A DNA stretch of 44,444 nt from a virus (taxonomy: Duplodnaviria > Heunggongvirae > Uroviricota > Caudoviricetes), in the IMG/VR virus record IMGVR_UViG_2531839661_000010; one strand, given 5' to 3'. Both the position numbers and the translations under genes were made by a program. Below are positions 1 to 9,758 of this stretch, in pieces. The notes under the pieces are model-generated. The model searched no databases. It was given only the letters and a program-made list of their open reading frames with translations, and was not told the origin of the DNA. How positions within the stretch are numbered: position 1 is the first letter of the stretch; the number at the start of each line of letters is the position of its first letter.

Positions 1-186
1 ATGGCAGAAAGGTTCGTGAAAACGATGAAGGAAGACTACATCGCGTTCATGCCGAAACCGAATGTAAGAACGGCATTGCATAATCTTGCAGTGGCGATCG
101 AACATTACAATGAAAACCATCCGCACAGTGCGTTGGGTTATCGCTCTCCGCGAGAATATCGACGTCAGCGGGTAACGTTAACTTAA
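1..186 (+). mobile_element. IS3-family (IS2-like) transposase OrfB, C-terminal fragment; gene is cut by the window start
   Basis: ORF ends ...[23 protein letters not shown], the conserved C-terminal tail of IS3-family integrase-core transposases; only the last 61 codons are present. Confidence 0.55.
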
Positions 187-227
187 GATACACCCCCTGT
201 CTGGAAATAAGGGGGCAAGAACAATGA

Positions 228-971
228 TCAGATTCCCTGGTGAGTAAGAATTTTACTTTCTGAACTCCTCTGAGAGTATTGACTTGGAGAAACACCAAAA
301 TAACGTCTAAATACATAAGTAAAGTATGAGATACTGGCATAACCACAGACCTTAGCTACTTTACTAATAGGATAACAACGAGTGCTGAGTAAATATTCAG
401 CCATTTGCATCCTCTCATCAAGTATGATCTTACTGAATGATACCCCCTCTTCTTTCAATTTCCTCTTTAGTAAACTTTCGCTGAGATATAATCTTGATGA
501 TATATCCTTAAGACGCCATGGTGCAGATAAATCCGTATGAATAATCGTTTTAACTTTAGCCCCTGTGCTTTTCAAACATCCAAACAGAAATACTCCAAAT
601 TGTTTTTCAGAAGAAAATGCAGAGAGACATGTAAAAGCAATAGACTCATCAAAAATTTCTATGTATTCAGCACAGTGATTAGCCCAACTAATTAATCCTT
701 TAATTAAACTGAAGTCAGCAAAGTTTATTTTTAAATAAGATGGATATTCCCTATAATCAGAAATATCCCTTAAGTTATTAGCTTTCAAATAGCGACTAAT
801 AAACTCAGCGCCAAAATCTGCCACTATCACTCTTTCAGGATATGTCAGGAAGAAATCTCTAGAGCTAGAGTCGACAAGTACAGATGAACCTCTCTCCAGA
901 AACACACTCTCTTTTCCGAAATAAACATCAAAGGACTCCAAAATCAATATAACTGAACATGTAGTTGCCAT
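228..971 (-). CDS. AraC/XylS-family transcriptional regulator
   Basis: C-terminal helix-turn-helix signature KVAKVCGYASISYFTYVFRRYFGVSPSQY; AT-rich gene; first ATG is at 971 (ORF-track start at 980 is a GTG). Confidence 0.7.
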   Translation of the reverse strand: MATTCSVILILESFDVYFGKESVFLERGSSVLVDSSSRDFFLTYPERVIVADFGAEFISRYLKANNLRDISDYREYPSYLKINFADFSLIKGLISWANHCAEYIEIFDESIAFTCLSAFSSEKQFGVFLFGCLKSTGAKVKTIIHTDLSAPWRLKDISSRLYLSESLLKRKLKEEGVSFSKIILDERMQMAEYLLSTRCYPISKVAKVCGYASISYFTYVFRRYFGVSPSQYSQRSSESKILTHQGI

Positions 972-1358
972 ATCATCCACCCAATTTAACTGAAACTAGG
1001 ATGAAGTATATGCATATAAAGTTCACTTTGCCAAACTTCAGTATAAAAAACCACATAAAAAATAGGGTGTGATAAAAAATACCGTAACAATAAAGCAAAG
1101 AATTATAAATTACGTTACAGTTACAAATGATACTCAAGAAACAATTCCTTAGGAAAAACTTATTTACAGCCAATAAGTAAGACACTTATATGATATCAAG
1201 TTTTCATAAAACATAACTAGGCTAAATAGCTGCGCCTAATACCGCTACACTTTTGCCAGCCCATGTTTGCCTCCGGGTATTGACCCCTTCTCTACGCAAC
1301 TTCAGTTCCCACCACCAACTTTGCGGCAGCTTTGTAGGATCAATGTCTAAAAGAATAA

Positions 1359-1372
1359 TGGTGACCGATAAG
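1359..1372. repeat. Degenerate copy of the thrW 3' core (candidate attR of the prophage)
   Basis: tggtgaccgataag matches the plus-strand 3' end of thrW at 43001-43012 (tggtgccgataa) 12 of 12 with one inserted base, same orientation. Confidence 0.3.
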
Positions 1373-1555
1373 AAAACGACTGAATAACTGCAGATTTTCG
1401 CTCAAAACCTTCCTGTCAGATCCATAGCGAATCAAGTGCTGAATGTCACAGTATCGAACAGAAAACAGTGACGATCTAACCCTTCAAGAATATTCTACGA
1501 TTGTTCTGTTTAGGAAAAGCAAGGCGGGAAGTCGGGAGATAAGTCATTGATAAAG

Positions 1556-1620
1556 TGGCGGAGAGAGGGGGATTTGAACCCCGGTAGAGTTGCCCCTACT
1601 CCGGTTTTCGAGACCGGTCC
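1556..1620 (-). pseudogene. 3' fragment (65 nt) of a tRNA-Ser(CGA) gene, serU-like; the 5' third is absent
   Basis: Reverse complement reads GGACCGGTCTCGAAAACCGGAGTAGGGGCAACTCTACCGGGGTTCAAATCCCCCTCTCTCCGCCA (anticodon stem through CCA end, as recalled for E. coli serU); upstream sequence is unrelated AT-rich DNA. Confidence 0.7.
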
Positions 1621-1700
1621 AATCATCAAACGAAACATAAAATTAATTCACATTATGAGGAAAAGTATCTTTTTTGTACTATGTAAATTCAAAGAGTTAG

Positions 1701-2570
<870 letters not shown>

Positions 2571-2630
2571 GTCTTTAAGTGATAAGCATAAACCGCAGCA
2601 CGATCTTCTTGCATACGACGTGCTACGGTT

Positions 2631-3185
2631 TCATTTATCTCCGACCGGAAACTTCTTATACAGTGTCGATATACCAACATCATAGATGATCGCCACCTTC
2701 TGGCGAGGAACGCCTGATGCAATTAATCGTCCGGCCTGCTCCCATTGTTCTGGTGTAAGTTTGGGGCGACGTCCACCAATTCGTCCTTGTGCGCGAGCTG
2801 CTTCCAGTCCAGCTTTTGTTCGTTCAACAATCAGTTCACGCTCCATTTCAGCCAGGGCACCCATCACATGAAAGAAAAAGCGCCCCATTGGGGTACTGGT
2901 ATCAATTGAATCCGTCAGACTACGAAAGTTGATGCCTCGTTCGCGCAACTCCTCCACCAGCACGACAAGATGCCGCATACTGCGCCCCAGTCGGTCCAGT
3001 TTCCAGACTACCAGCGTGTCACCTGCCGATAATGTCCTGAGCAGCTTTTTCAGTCCTGGTCTGTCGGACTTTGTACCGCTTATCTTGTCTTCAAAAATCA
3101 GCTCGCATCCTGCACAGTTCAGCGCATTACGTTGTAGATCTGTGTTCTGGTCATTTGTTGATACGCGTACATAGCCAATAAGCAT
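2631..3185 (-). CDS. Serine-recombinase DNA invertase (Gin/Pin/Hin/Cin family)
   Basis: MLIGYVRVSTNDQNTDLQRNAL...VVWKLDRLGRSMRHL...GINFRSLTDSIDTSTPMGRFFFHVMGALAEMERELIVERT is near-colinear with Gin/Pin as recalled; start placed at the MLIGYVRVST methionine (ATG 3185). Confidence 0.9.
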   Translation of the reverse strand: MLIGYVRVSTNDQNTDLQRNALNCAGCELIFEDKISGTKSDRPGLKKLLRTLSAGDTLVVWKLDRLGRSMRHLVVLVEELRERGINFRSLTDSIDTSTPMGRFFFHVMGALAEMERELIVERTKAGLEAARAQGRIGGRRPKLTPEQWEQAGRLIASGVPRQKVAIIYDVGISTLYKKFPVGDK

Positions 3186-3211
3186 GGTAGATCCCCCTGA
3201 CAAAAGCAGGA

Positions 3212-3586
3212 ATGATGCCATTTGCTCGTTATTTCTGCATTTTCATAAACGTTGGTTTGGGAGAAGCGGCGAAAAGGAATGTGGGGACTGGGGCGAATCA
3301 GATACCAGACATGTCAGCTTATTCATCAGGATCTGGCTGGCAAAAATTGCCTGATGGTTCAATTGAACAGTGGGGAAGAATTAATTTCCCGACTAACGCC
3401 GCGGCGGTATCTACAAATGTGACTTTCCCCATTCCTTTTACGCAGGAGCCAGACGTAGTGATTGTATATGACGGCGGTTTTGGTGGTGGGAATATGTGGG
3501 GCGCAACTAACTGGACGCGAACAGGATTTGTTGCGCATTGTAACTATGGATTTGAAGGTGGAGCTTTCTTTGCGAAAGGGCGTTAA
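3212..3586 (+). CDS. Alternative tail-fibre C-terminal variable segment, silent in this orientation
   Basis: Reading frame runs through the left crossover site in the same frame as the tail-fibre gene at the right site (VGLGEA vs LGLGEG); Gly-rich fibre-tip-like sequence; followed directly by a tail-fibre assembly gene. Confidence 0.55.
   Translation: MMPFARYFCIFINVGLGEAAKRNVGTGANQIPDMSAYSSGSGWQKLPDGSIEQWGRINFPTNAAAVSTNVTFPIPFTQEPDVVIVYDGGFGGGNMWGATNWTRTGFVAHCNYGFEGGAFFAKGR
3240..3265. repeat. Invertase crossover site (gix/hix-like), left copy
   Basis: TTTTCATAAACGTTGGTTTGGGAGAA; 20 of 26 positions match the reverse complement of 5090-5115, including a 14-nt perfect block TTGGTTTGGGAGAA; lies just upstream of the invertase start. 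Confidence 0.6.
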
Positions 3587-3588
3587 TT

Positions 3589-4029
3589 ATGAAATATTTA
3601 TATATTGATAATCTGGCGTACCCTTACGCCCTACAGTCTGTTTACGCTGCAAAAGGGCAATGGCCAGAAGGAAAAGGCGTAGACATAGACGAAGCTATTT
3701 TCAGGGAATATTTCCATGACACGCCGCCCGAAGGTAAGCGCAGAATTACCGCAGGCGACGGAATGCCAGCTTGGGCAGATGTTCCTCCACCAACACGTGA
3801 AGAACAAATTGCATCAGCCGAAACTAAAAAGCAGCAATTGATTAACCAGGCCAACGAATACATCAACAGTAAACAATGGCCAGGTAAAGCATCAATTGGT
3901 CGTCTGAAAGGTGAGGAACTGGTGCAATATAATTTGTGGCTGGATTATCTGGACGCACTGGAACTGGTCGATACTTCCGGTGCGCCAGATATTGAATGGC
4001 CTACGCCTCCGGCAGTTCAGGCCAGATGA
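3589..4029 (+). CDS. Tail-fibre assembly protein, alternative copy
   Basis: C-terminus LDALELVDTSGAPDIEWPTPPA parallels the C-terminus of the convergent assembly gene (DAVTATDTSTAPDVIWPELPEA); follows the alternative fibre segment. Confidence 0.7.
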   Translation: MKYLYIDNLAYPYALQSVYAAKGQWPEGKGVDIDEAIFREYFHDTPPEGKRRITAGDGMPAWADVPPPTREEQIASAETKKQQLINQANEYINSKQWPGKASIGRLKGEELVQYNLWLDYLDALELVDTSGAPDIEWPTPPAVQAR

Positions 4030-4603
4030 CGTCCGGCGCTGTGCTGGTATCTGTTGCCGTCACCGCGTCAATGTAATCCAGCACAGCGTTAAGTCGGGTG
4101 TTTTCTGGCTGCGTCAGCTTCCGCCCAGCCTGTAATTTCAGTTGAATCAGACTGATGGAAGCCATTGCAGCATCAATCAGCGACTGGCGCTGTGCTTCTG
4201 CCGCTTCTACTGCGGCGCTATGCTGTGCCTCGGTATCCGTCACCCATTTCTCACCATCCCATTTATCGTATGGCGTTAACGGGGCGATAGTGGTTGTATT
4301 TTCAGGGTAATCACCCGGAACTGTGATTTCTTTGGTATCTCCCGTTTCGGTACTATAGACAACTTCACCGCGATGGTCTGGCACATATTCCCATGAATTT
4401 AAATCTACAGAGCGACAGATTGCATAACCAGCTTTATGTGTACCTGGTGCATCCAGACAGGAACATGCCGGGATACCGACTCCGACAGCGAGATATTCAG
4501 TTGATGTAGAAATATATTCCCGCGTTTCGCCATCATAGTTATGTACGATGATTTCCCCATCATTTAAAGCGTAACCGTCTTTTCCCAAAATAGCCTGTTC
4601 CAT
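4001..4603 (-). CDS. Tail-fibre assembly protein
   Basis: Immediately downstream of the tail-fibre gene (stop/start adjacent); conserved C-terminal motif shared with the alternative copy; 3' ends of the two genes overlap by 29 bp. Confidence 0.75.
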   Translation of the reverse strand: MEQAILGKDGYALNDGEIIVHNYDGETREYISTSTEYLAVGVGIPACSCLDAPGTHKAGYAICRSVDLNSWEYVPDHRGEVVYSTETGDTKEITVPGDYPENTTTIAPLTPYDKWDGEKWVTDTEAQHSAAVEAAEAQRQSLIDAAMASISLIQLKLQAGRKLTQPENTRLNAVLDYIDAVTATDTSTAPDVIWPELPEA

Positions 4604-5440
4604 TTATGCAGCCCTCACAATGTAGTTAAATGCAATGTTTCGCGGGCTACCATCACCGGCGCCGGAACTGACATGATTTGTTCTATCCATTCGTTTACTG
4701 TCATTTGTTGTTCCACTCCCATCCTTCCACGAATACAATAACCCGCCATCGCCAATGCTCAACTGCACCGCAAATACGGATGATGTACCTAATTCACCAA
4801 CATCTCTAGCCATGAGTGGGTTCCCTGTCCATCCATGCATTTCATGGTTATGTTCAAGGATAGATGCTGCCTGACTTGAAAGCAGCAGTCTCGCGGAATC
4901 AACACCTCGCCCATCATCCCACCCGCGAATAAACTCACCGCGCAAATCCGGTAATTTTAACTTTGGGTAAGCCTTTGCCAGTTTTGGGTACTCTTCGGCA
5001 GAAAAAGGTGCACCGTTGCATTTCAGCCAGCCTGTTGGTGGTGTGGCTGAAGGCCACGGAACAGGCACACCAACGGGTAACGCTGAGCCTTCTCCCAAAC
5101 CAAGGTTTTCGAGAGCCGTTGGTACCGTGCCGTCCGATTTGATATCACCAAACGGATTCTTGCGGCTCAGGTATTCAACAGCAAACCCCGATCTCAGCAA
5201 TTCAACAAAACCGGGCAGATCACCATTATCAAGCACATCCCGTTGCGTTTTGTCACTTACAAACTGGGCCAGAGCTGCAGCAATAAAGCTGGCCTGCCGA
5301 ATAACCTTATTGACTTGCGCACTGGATGCTTTCCCTGCTGTAAATCCGGATAAAAGCGCAGGCAACGCTTCCCATTCCTCCTGCGACATAACATTGGCAT
5401 TCCGATCAGTTGCAAACGCTTTAAAGTCATTTTTCGCCAT
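4604..5440 (-). CDS. Tail-fibre protein (constant N-terminal part plus currently joined variable C-terminal part)
   Basis: Start ATG at 5440 overlaps the upstream gene stop (ATGA); C-terminal part carries a tail-collar-like sequence; crossover site lies inside the gene at 5090-5115. Confidence 0.75.
   Translation of the reverse strand: MAKNDFKAFATDRNANVMSQEEWEALPALLSGFTAGKASSAQVNKVIRQASFIAAALAQFVSDKTQRDVLDNGDLPGFVELLRSGFAVEYLSRKNPFGDIKSDGTVPTALENLGLGEGSALPVGVPVPWPSATPPTGWLKCNGAPFSAEEYPKLAKAYPKLKLPDLRGEFIRGWDDGRGVDSARLLLSSQAASILEHNHEMHGWTGNPLMARDVGELGTSSVFAVQLSIGDGGLLYSWKDGSGTTNDSKRMDRTNHVSSGAGDGSPRNIAFNYIVRAA
5090..5115. repeat. Invertase crossover site (gix/hix-like), right copy, inside the tail-fibre gene
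   Basis: TTCTCCCAAACCAAGGTTTTCGAGAG; imperfect 12-2-12 dyad around a central AA, resembling hix/gix sites as recalled. Confidence 0.6.
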
Positions 5441-6120
5441 CAGAGTAATACTCCCCATGCCCCTACATCAAAACCACTGATGAATTCGTTATCCATATCA
5501 AAACCAAAAAATTTTGAACCTTCCGATGGAGTTTCCACCGAAGGTGTTTCAATGCCACCCGCCCAAACCCCGGCGGCTTTTACTGTGAGATATCCCTGTT
5601 TAATTGCAGCAATTAACTCACGCGATACATCTGAAATATCAGTATCAGGAAAGAGCCAGACCGATATCGTCATGTCCTGGTTATCGACTATCTGCATTCG
5701 CAGTCCGGATCCTGCTGTCGCCGCGTCAAGAATTGCTGGAAGCGAATCATTCCGTCCGTCCCAGTTATTAATCGCAATCTTCGCTTTAAGGATGACACGA
5801 TAAGTTTCATCGCTGAGGTACATGTATCCGGAATCAGGATCGTATGGCCCCTGCCATACACCCTGATCATATCCAAGCCCGTCGGTATCCCAGCTGAAAT
5901 AGACACCTGAGATAGGCTGGCTGACAACACGGCTACGTCCGATCCACAATCCAAGAATGTCAAGTTGCACACCAACCGCAGAGTCAATATCAAATGCAGT
6001 AATCAGCCCTCTGGTGGCAGCCGCAACATCAATAAGCGGCCGGGTCATCAGATCAACATGTGCAAGAAATTTAGGTTTGGTGGCGTGGTAGTTCGTGATC
6101 AGTTCGGTGTATTTGCTCAT
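5440..6120 (-). CDS. Tail/baseplate protein (Mu gp48 / e14 YmfQ position)
   Basis: Position between baseplate J-like gene and tail-fibre gene; start/stop overlaps with both neighbours; family assignment is positional, not verified. Confidence 0.45.
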   Translation of the reverse strand: MSKYTELITNYHATKPKFLAHVDLMTRPLIDVAAATRGLITAFDIDSAVGVQLDILGLWIGRSRVVSQPISGVYFSWDTDGLGYDQGVWQGPYDPDSGYMYLSDETYRVILKAKIAINNWDGRNDSLPAILDAATAGSGLRMQIVDNQDMTISVWLFPDTDISDVSRELIAAIKQGYLTVKAAGVWAGGIETPSVETPSEGSKFFGFDMDNEFISGFDVGAWGVLL

Positions 6121-7316
6121 GACTCCACCGTTATAACGATATTTTCCGGTGTACAGGACGCAGATTCGTTGTATCTGATATCAATGTTTGATGACGACAA
6201 AGCCCCCGGGGATTTCCCAATCGTCAGTTCCTGAATATCGTAATAGCGTGCATTCCCGCCACTCACCACGCCAAGATTCGCCGGTGAGTAAATGCGACTT
6301 AAAAGGACCGAATCACCAATCATCAGACTATTGATATAGTCGGAAATAGCCTGCTGGATCTGCTGCCCTATCTGTGAGGTATAACCCGTAAAAACTTTTA
6401 ATTTAATCCGGGCATAAACAGGTACATCACTGGAACGCGAGAATTTGATTACATGGGGATTGCCGTATTTATCCGGAACCGTAACGGATGTTGTACCGTG
6501 AGTGGCTGTCCCCTGGCCTTTATTCCCTCTGATAGCCTGAGCAATATCCGTCACATCACCGCCATCCACAATTACAGCAACAGAGTGTGGCGGTAACCCG
6601 TTACCGTCCTCCGAACCAGTATCGTTTTCATAGAGTTTGTGGCGGGTTACACCGGTAACATTAGAAACAGCACCATCCAGTGCTTCAAATGGGGTTATTG
6701 ATGGCAACGCAACACTTTGCGACTGGCGGATACGTAACTCAGCATCAGTTTCTGCCGGAGAGCCAACAGTAGCCGCAGCAGGATTAGTTACCGAAACCCA
6801 GCCACGGGTTGGCGTATTAATTTCAGTGATAGTTCCAGCCAGCGCCGCCACTGCACCACTGACGGAACATGTTGCGGTCGCCATCACTGTACCATCCACG
6901 CCGACCACCACTGAAGCAGGCAAACGCCATATCACATTATTACTGTCTTTCACGCTGCCATTAATGATGGTTGTTCCGGCAGTTCCTGTAAGAAGCAAAT
7001 CAACCGTAGAGTTCGTCGCGCCTTTACGTGAAATACCATTTATTTTCACGTTACTGGTCAGTGCAGCCCCATAGCCGGTTGCCGGTGAAAAACAGTTGTA
7101 GACAGTTATCGCCATATTATTGGCATCATGAATCGCCAGCGCCATCAGAGCCACCATCTGGCCGTCTTTGCTGTCCGGTTCGAGGTAGGCATCACTGCCA
7201 TAAATCTGCTGAAAATAGCTAATCATGGTGCTGAGTATCGTCTGATAATCAGGCGCACCGATCCCCTCCGCGGTTACCTTTGCAGATAAACCGAGAGAAT
7301 CAAGGTTCAGAGCCAT
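6117..7316 (-). CDS. Baseplate J-like protein
   Basis: 399-aa protein in the baseplate J position of myovirus tail clusters; translationally coupled to neighbours. Confidence 0.5.
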   Translation of the reverse strand: MALNLDSLGLSAKVTAEGIGAPDYQTILSTMISYFQQIYGSDAYLEPDSKDGQMVALMALAIHDANNMAITVYNCFSPATGYGAALTSNVKINGISRKGATNSTVDLLLTGTAGTTIINGSVKDSNNVIWRLPASVVVGVDGTVMATATCSVSGAVAALAGTITEINTPTRGWVSVTNPAAATVGSPAETDAELRIRQSQSVALPSITPFEALDGAVSNVTGVTRHKLYENDTGSEDGNGLPPHSVAVIVDGGDVTDIAQAIRGNKGQGTATHGTTSVTVPDKYGNPHVIKFSRSSDVPVYARIKLKVFTGYTSQIGQQIQQAISDYINSLMIGDSVLLSRIYSPANLGVVSGGNARYYDIQELTIGKSPGALSSSNIDIRYNESASCTPENIVITVES

Positions 7317-7669
7317 TACGCCTCCGATGTAACAGTCGTTATTCCATAGAGAGTGTCGATTTCAGCGGAAAACATGACACGTCGGGTCGTGGTATCCACC
7401 GTCGTATTGAAAGAGAGGATTGATTTAACGCCCCGCGTTTCGAGGATGCGCTTACGGACGGACAGGTTGTAGGTTTCCGGCTTCTGCTTACCGAGTACGG
7501 ACTGGATCCACGGAGTCCCCTCGGTGGTGTCGAGAAACCATTGCCCATACCACAATTCGAATCGCGTTTTTACCGCCTGTGCCACGGCATCCGGTGAGTT
7601 AATCAGCCAGGTGTCATCACCGCTGCCAAAGGTGTAATCGCCATCGGCGTCTTCACGTCTGTATCGCAT
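7316..7669 (-). CDS. Small baseplate protein
   Basis: 117-aa ORF coupled between the spike-like and J-like genes. Confidence 0.4.
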   Translation of the reverse strand: MRYRREDADGDYTFGSGDDTWLINSPDAVAQAVKTRFELWYGQWFLDTTEGTPWIQSVLGKQKPETYNLSVRKRILETRGVKSILSFNTTVDTTTRRVMFSAEIDTLYGITTVTSEA

Positions 7670-8421
7670 CAGTTTACCCCGTCGGTACTGCTTCCACCGC
7701 GCTGAACACCACCATGAGTGTGCGTATTATCGATTGGCTTGCCGTTAGCCTTCACGCTACCCAAAAACTCAACAACACCAGTGATTTTTGAAGCCACACC
7801 AGAAACAACAGACCCCACCATGCCCCCCATCCAGGTTAACAGGCCATGAATGGTTACTTTCTCAGAAAAATCAGCCAGAGGGGCAACCACATCAAGACCA
7901 CCCGGAGCGACAATTTTAATTTTCCTGGTATCAGGATTAAGCTCAAAATAGGTGCTGCCATCGTCACTACGCAACTGTGTGGCACTGGTATTAATACCGC
8001 TAATCTTCCTCGCCTGCGACTGGGGGCCTACAATACAAAACGCATCCGATAAATCATGCATTCTGTCATCGACCGGTTCCTGTATTCCGCCGCTCTGCCA
8101 CCAGAAATCAATACAACGATCGGCAAAAACGACAAGACACTCATCCCCGGCTTTAATCGGAAACGTTAGCGTACATCCTCCGCCACGTGGGAATACCACT
8201 GGAACATCCACCAGCAATGGGTAATTTTTGGTAATGCGGTTGCCGTCATTATCCTTTTCAACCGAACGGATAGCAGGCTGCACAACCGCCGTCACCGCAT
8301 CAGGATCGAATGACTGAATAATGCCAGGCAAGGCGACACGGATCTGATTCTTTGTTGTTTCCCGTTCAGATTTGAATGTTTCGGCAAGGTCGCCGCTGCG
8401 GGTCTGGTCAGATACTGCCAT
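7669..8421 (-). CDS. Baseplate spike / assembly protein V-like
   Basis: Position and size; ATG at 8421 (ORF-track start 8442 is TTG and would overlap the terminator). Confidence 0.45.
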   Translation of the reverse strand: MAVSDQTRSGDLAETFKSERETTKNQIRVALPGIIQSFDPDAVTAVVQPAIRSVEKDNDGNRITKNYPLLVDVPVVFPRGGGCTLTFPIKAGDECLVVFADRCIDFWWQSGGIQEPVDDRMHDLSDAFCIVGPQSQARKISGINTSATQLRSDDGSTYFELNPDTRKIKIVAPGGLDVVAPLADFSEKVTIHGLLTWMGGMVGSVVSGVASKITGVVEFLGSVKANGKPIDNTHTHGGVQRGGSSTDGVN

Positions 8422-8440
8422 TTGGTAGGCTCCAGAAAGC

Positions 8441-8469
8441 AAAAAACCCGCCGAATGGCGGGTTTTGTT
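8441..8469 (-). terminator. Rho-independent terminator after the HEPN-like gene
   Basis: Stem CCCGCC/GGCGGG with 4-nt loop, followed by a U-run on the minus strand (and an A-run on the other side); sits between the HEPN gene stop and the next baseplate gene. Confidence 0.5.
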
Positions 8470-8485
8470 AATTCACTGAATGAGT

Positions 8486-8881
8486 TTAAACAGCTTCATC
8501 AGTCTTCATTTTTTCCCACTGAGAAAAAATAGTCTTAACCTCTAAGAGAGATTGCTGTGCCATTGCTTTATCTATTGCACAGCTAGTGAGGTCATAATCT
8601 GCTTCATTTCGAGCCAGTCTCTGTTGCTCAAGTTTGTAAGCCATGGATTTTAGGCTTAATGGATCATATGGCTCCAGTTTGTTTTCACTCTTATTTTTAA
8701 GATAAGAGATAAGACTGGAATGATGATCCTTCGTATAAGCAGGAAGACTGGTCAGATTCTCTTTTATTTCATGGTAAAGCGCATAATATGCCCGCGAAAT
8801 AGTATTACGATAACCAACTTCAGAATCCTCCGCAAAGCAACGCTCCGCTGAAGATAAAAACTCAGAGCTAGTTATAGGCAT
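8486..8881 (-). CDS. HEPN-like domain protein (putative RNase toxin/effector)
   Basis: N-terminal helix SAERCFAEDSEVGYRNTISRAYYALYHEIKENL with R-x6-H spacing, and a later RLARNEADYD motif; AT-rich; ATG with AAGGG upstream. Confidence 0.5.
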   Translation of the reverse strand: MPITSSEFLSSAERCFAEDSEVGYRNTISRAYYALYHEIKENLTSLPAYTKDHHSSLISYLKNKSENKLEPYDPLSLKSMAYKLEQQRLARNEADYDLTSCAIDKAMAQQSLLEVKTIFSQWEKMKTDEAV

Positions 8882-9638
8882 ATTTACACCCTTTCAAGCT
8901 ATTTCTTTCAACGGAAAAACGTGCAATAAGATTGCAATCATCAAGTAAATCGATTGAACAAATTTCATCTGCAAGTCGCATATTCATTGCAACCACCTGT
9001 TCAGGAGATGCATTAACTACCTCAACCAGATAAGTCCCACCAGATGCACCGTTGATGTCAGCACGATATTCAGTTGGAGGGAATTCAGCCATGACTCTAT
9101 GAACAGCAAGAGCAACTTGCATGTATTGTTCTGAAGAGCATCCTGACTTTTTGTATGCTTCATCCATATCGTGAATTACCTCCTGCAAGAAGGCTTCTGC
9201 GTCATCCCTATGTTCTTCTTGGGATAACATTTTGCAATGACGTCCAAAATATTCTACGCATTTTGATAGTTTCCCTACCAAATACGCAACGCCACCAGCC
9301 CTATAAGTAAACCACTTGGTTGGATACTTATCAGCTAAAGAATAGATGTAGTAGTCCGATTTTTCGAGTAGAGAAAAACGCTCAAGCAGCTTACAAAAAA
9401 TCCGCGCAAAGTTAACATCAGCATGTGGGAGGATAGCTTCAAGCATTTCAATCCCGACACTCACATCACCTTTAGCAATATGAGCCAAAGCTACAAGCGT
9501 GTCAGCAGGCGGAGTACGCTTAGAGCCATACTCCGAGACCACCTCTCGAAAGGTCCAAATATCAAGAGGTTGACCACTATTGATTATCTTAACCAACTGG
9601 TCAAAACGCTCTTCCGCTTTCAGTTTTGGTCTTGCCAC
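8868..9638 (-). CDS. Hypothetical alpha-helical protein, upstream partner of the HEPN-like gene
   Basis: 256-aa ORF overlapping the HEPN gene start by 14 bp; GTG start with weak ribosome-binding site, so the exact start is uncertain; no nucleotidyltransferase or Walker motifs seen. Confidence 0.45.
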   Translation of the reverse strand: MARPKLKAEERFDQLVKIINSGQPLDIWTFREVVSEYGSKRTPPADTLVALAHIAKGDVSVGIEMLEAILPHADVNFARIFCKLLERFSLLEKSDYYIYSLADKYPTKWFTYRAGGVAYLVGKLSKCVEYFGRHCKMLSQEEHRDDAEAFLQEVIHDMDEAYKKSGCSSEQYMQVALAVHRVMAEFPPTEYRADINGASGGTYLVEVVNASPEQVVAMNMRLADEICSIDLLDDCNLIARFSVERNSLKGCKYAYN

Positions 9639-9758
9639 AGTACGCTCGCTACTTATCTTTTGGTTGAATTTTATGTTCGCGTATACAGTTTAGTCAATCC
9701 GAAGCTCGTGCTGTTGAGCCGTTTCGCACAAAATCATCCTTGCAAAAAGGATGGGACT

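Larger units (their letters stand above)
3253..5103. other. Invertible tail-fibre segment (~1.85 kb, Mu G-segment / e14 P-segment analogue)
   Basis: Bounded by inverted crossover sites; contains two convergent variable-region plus assembly-protein gene sets; invertase gene immediately outside. Confidence 0.6.

Noticed and set aside
973-1185. 70-aa ORF in the AT-rich region upstream of the AraC-family gene
   Set aside because: Extremely AT-rich, hydrophobic low-complexity translation in what looks like a promoter region; probably not coding.
5016-5480. Long ORFs on the opposite strand of structural genes (for example 5016-5480, 6637-7074, 13096-13599, 19802-20503, 20344-20859, 38479-38955)
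   Set aside because: They lie antisense to well-supported genes (tail fibre, baseplate, tape measure, scaffold, bet), have no ribosome-binding sites and give low-complexity translations; treated as shadow ORFs.
8868-9638. Upstream partner of the HEPN-like gene as an MNT nucleotidyltransferase antitoxin
   Set aside because: No GS...DxD nucleotidyltransferase signature and the protein is about twice the size of MNT antitoxins.
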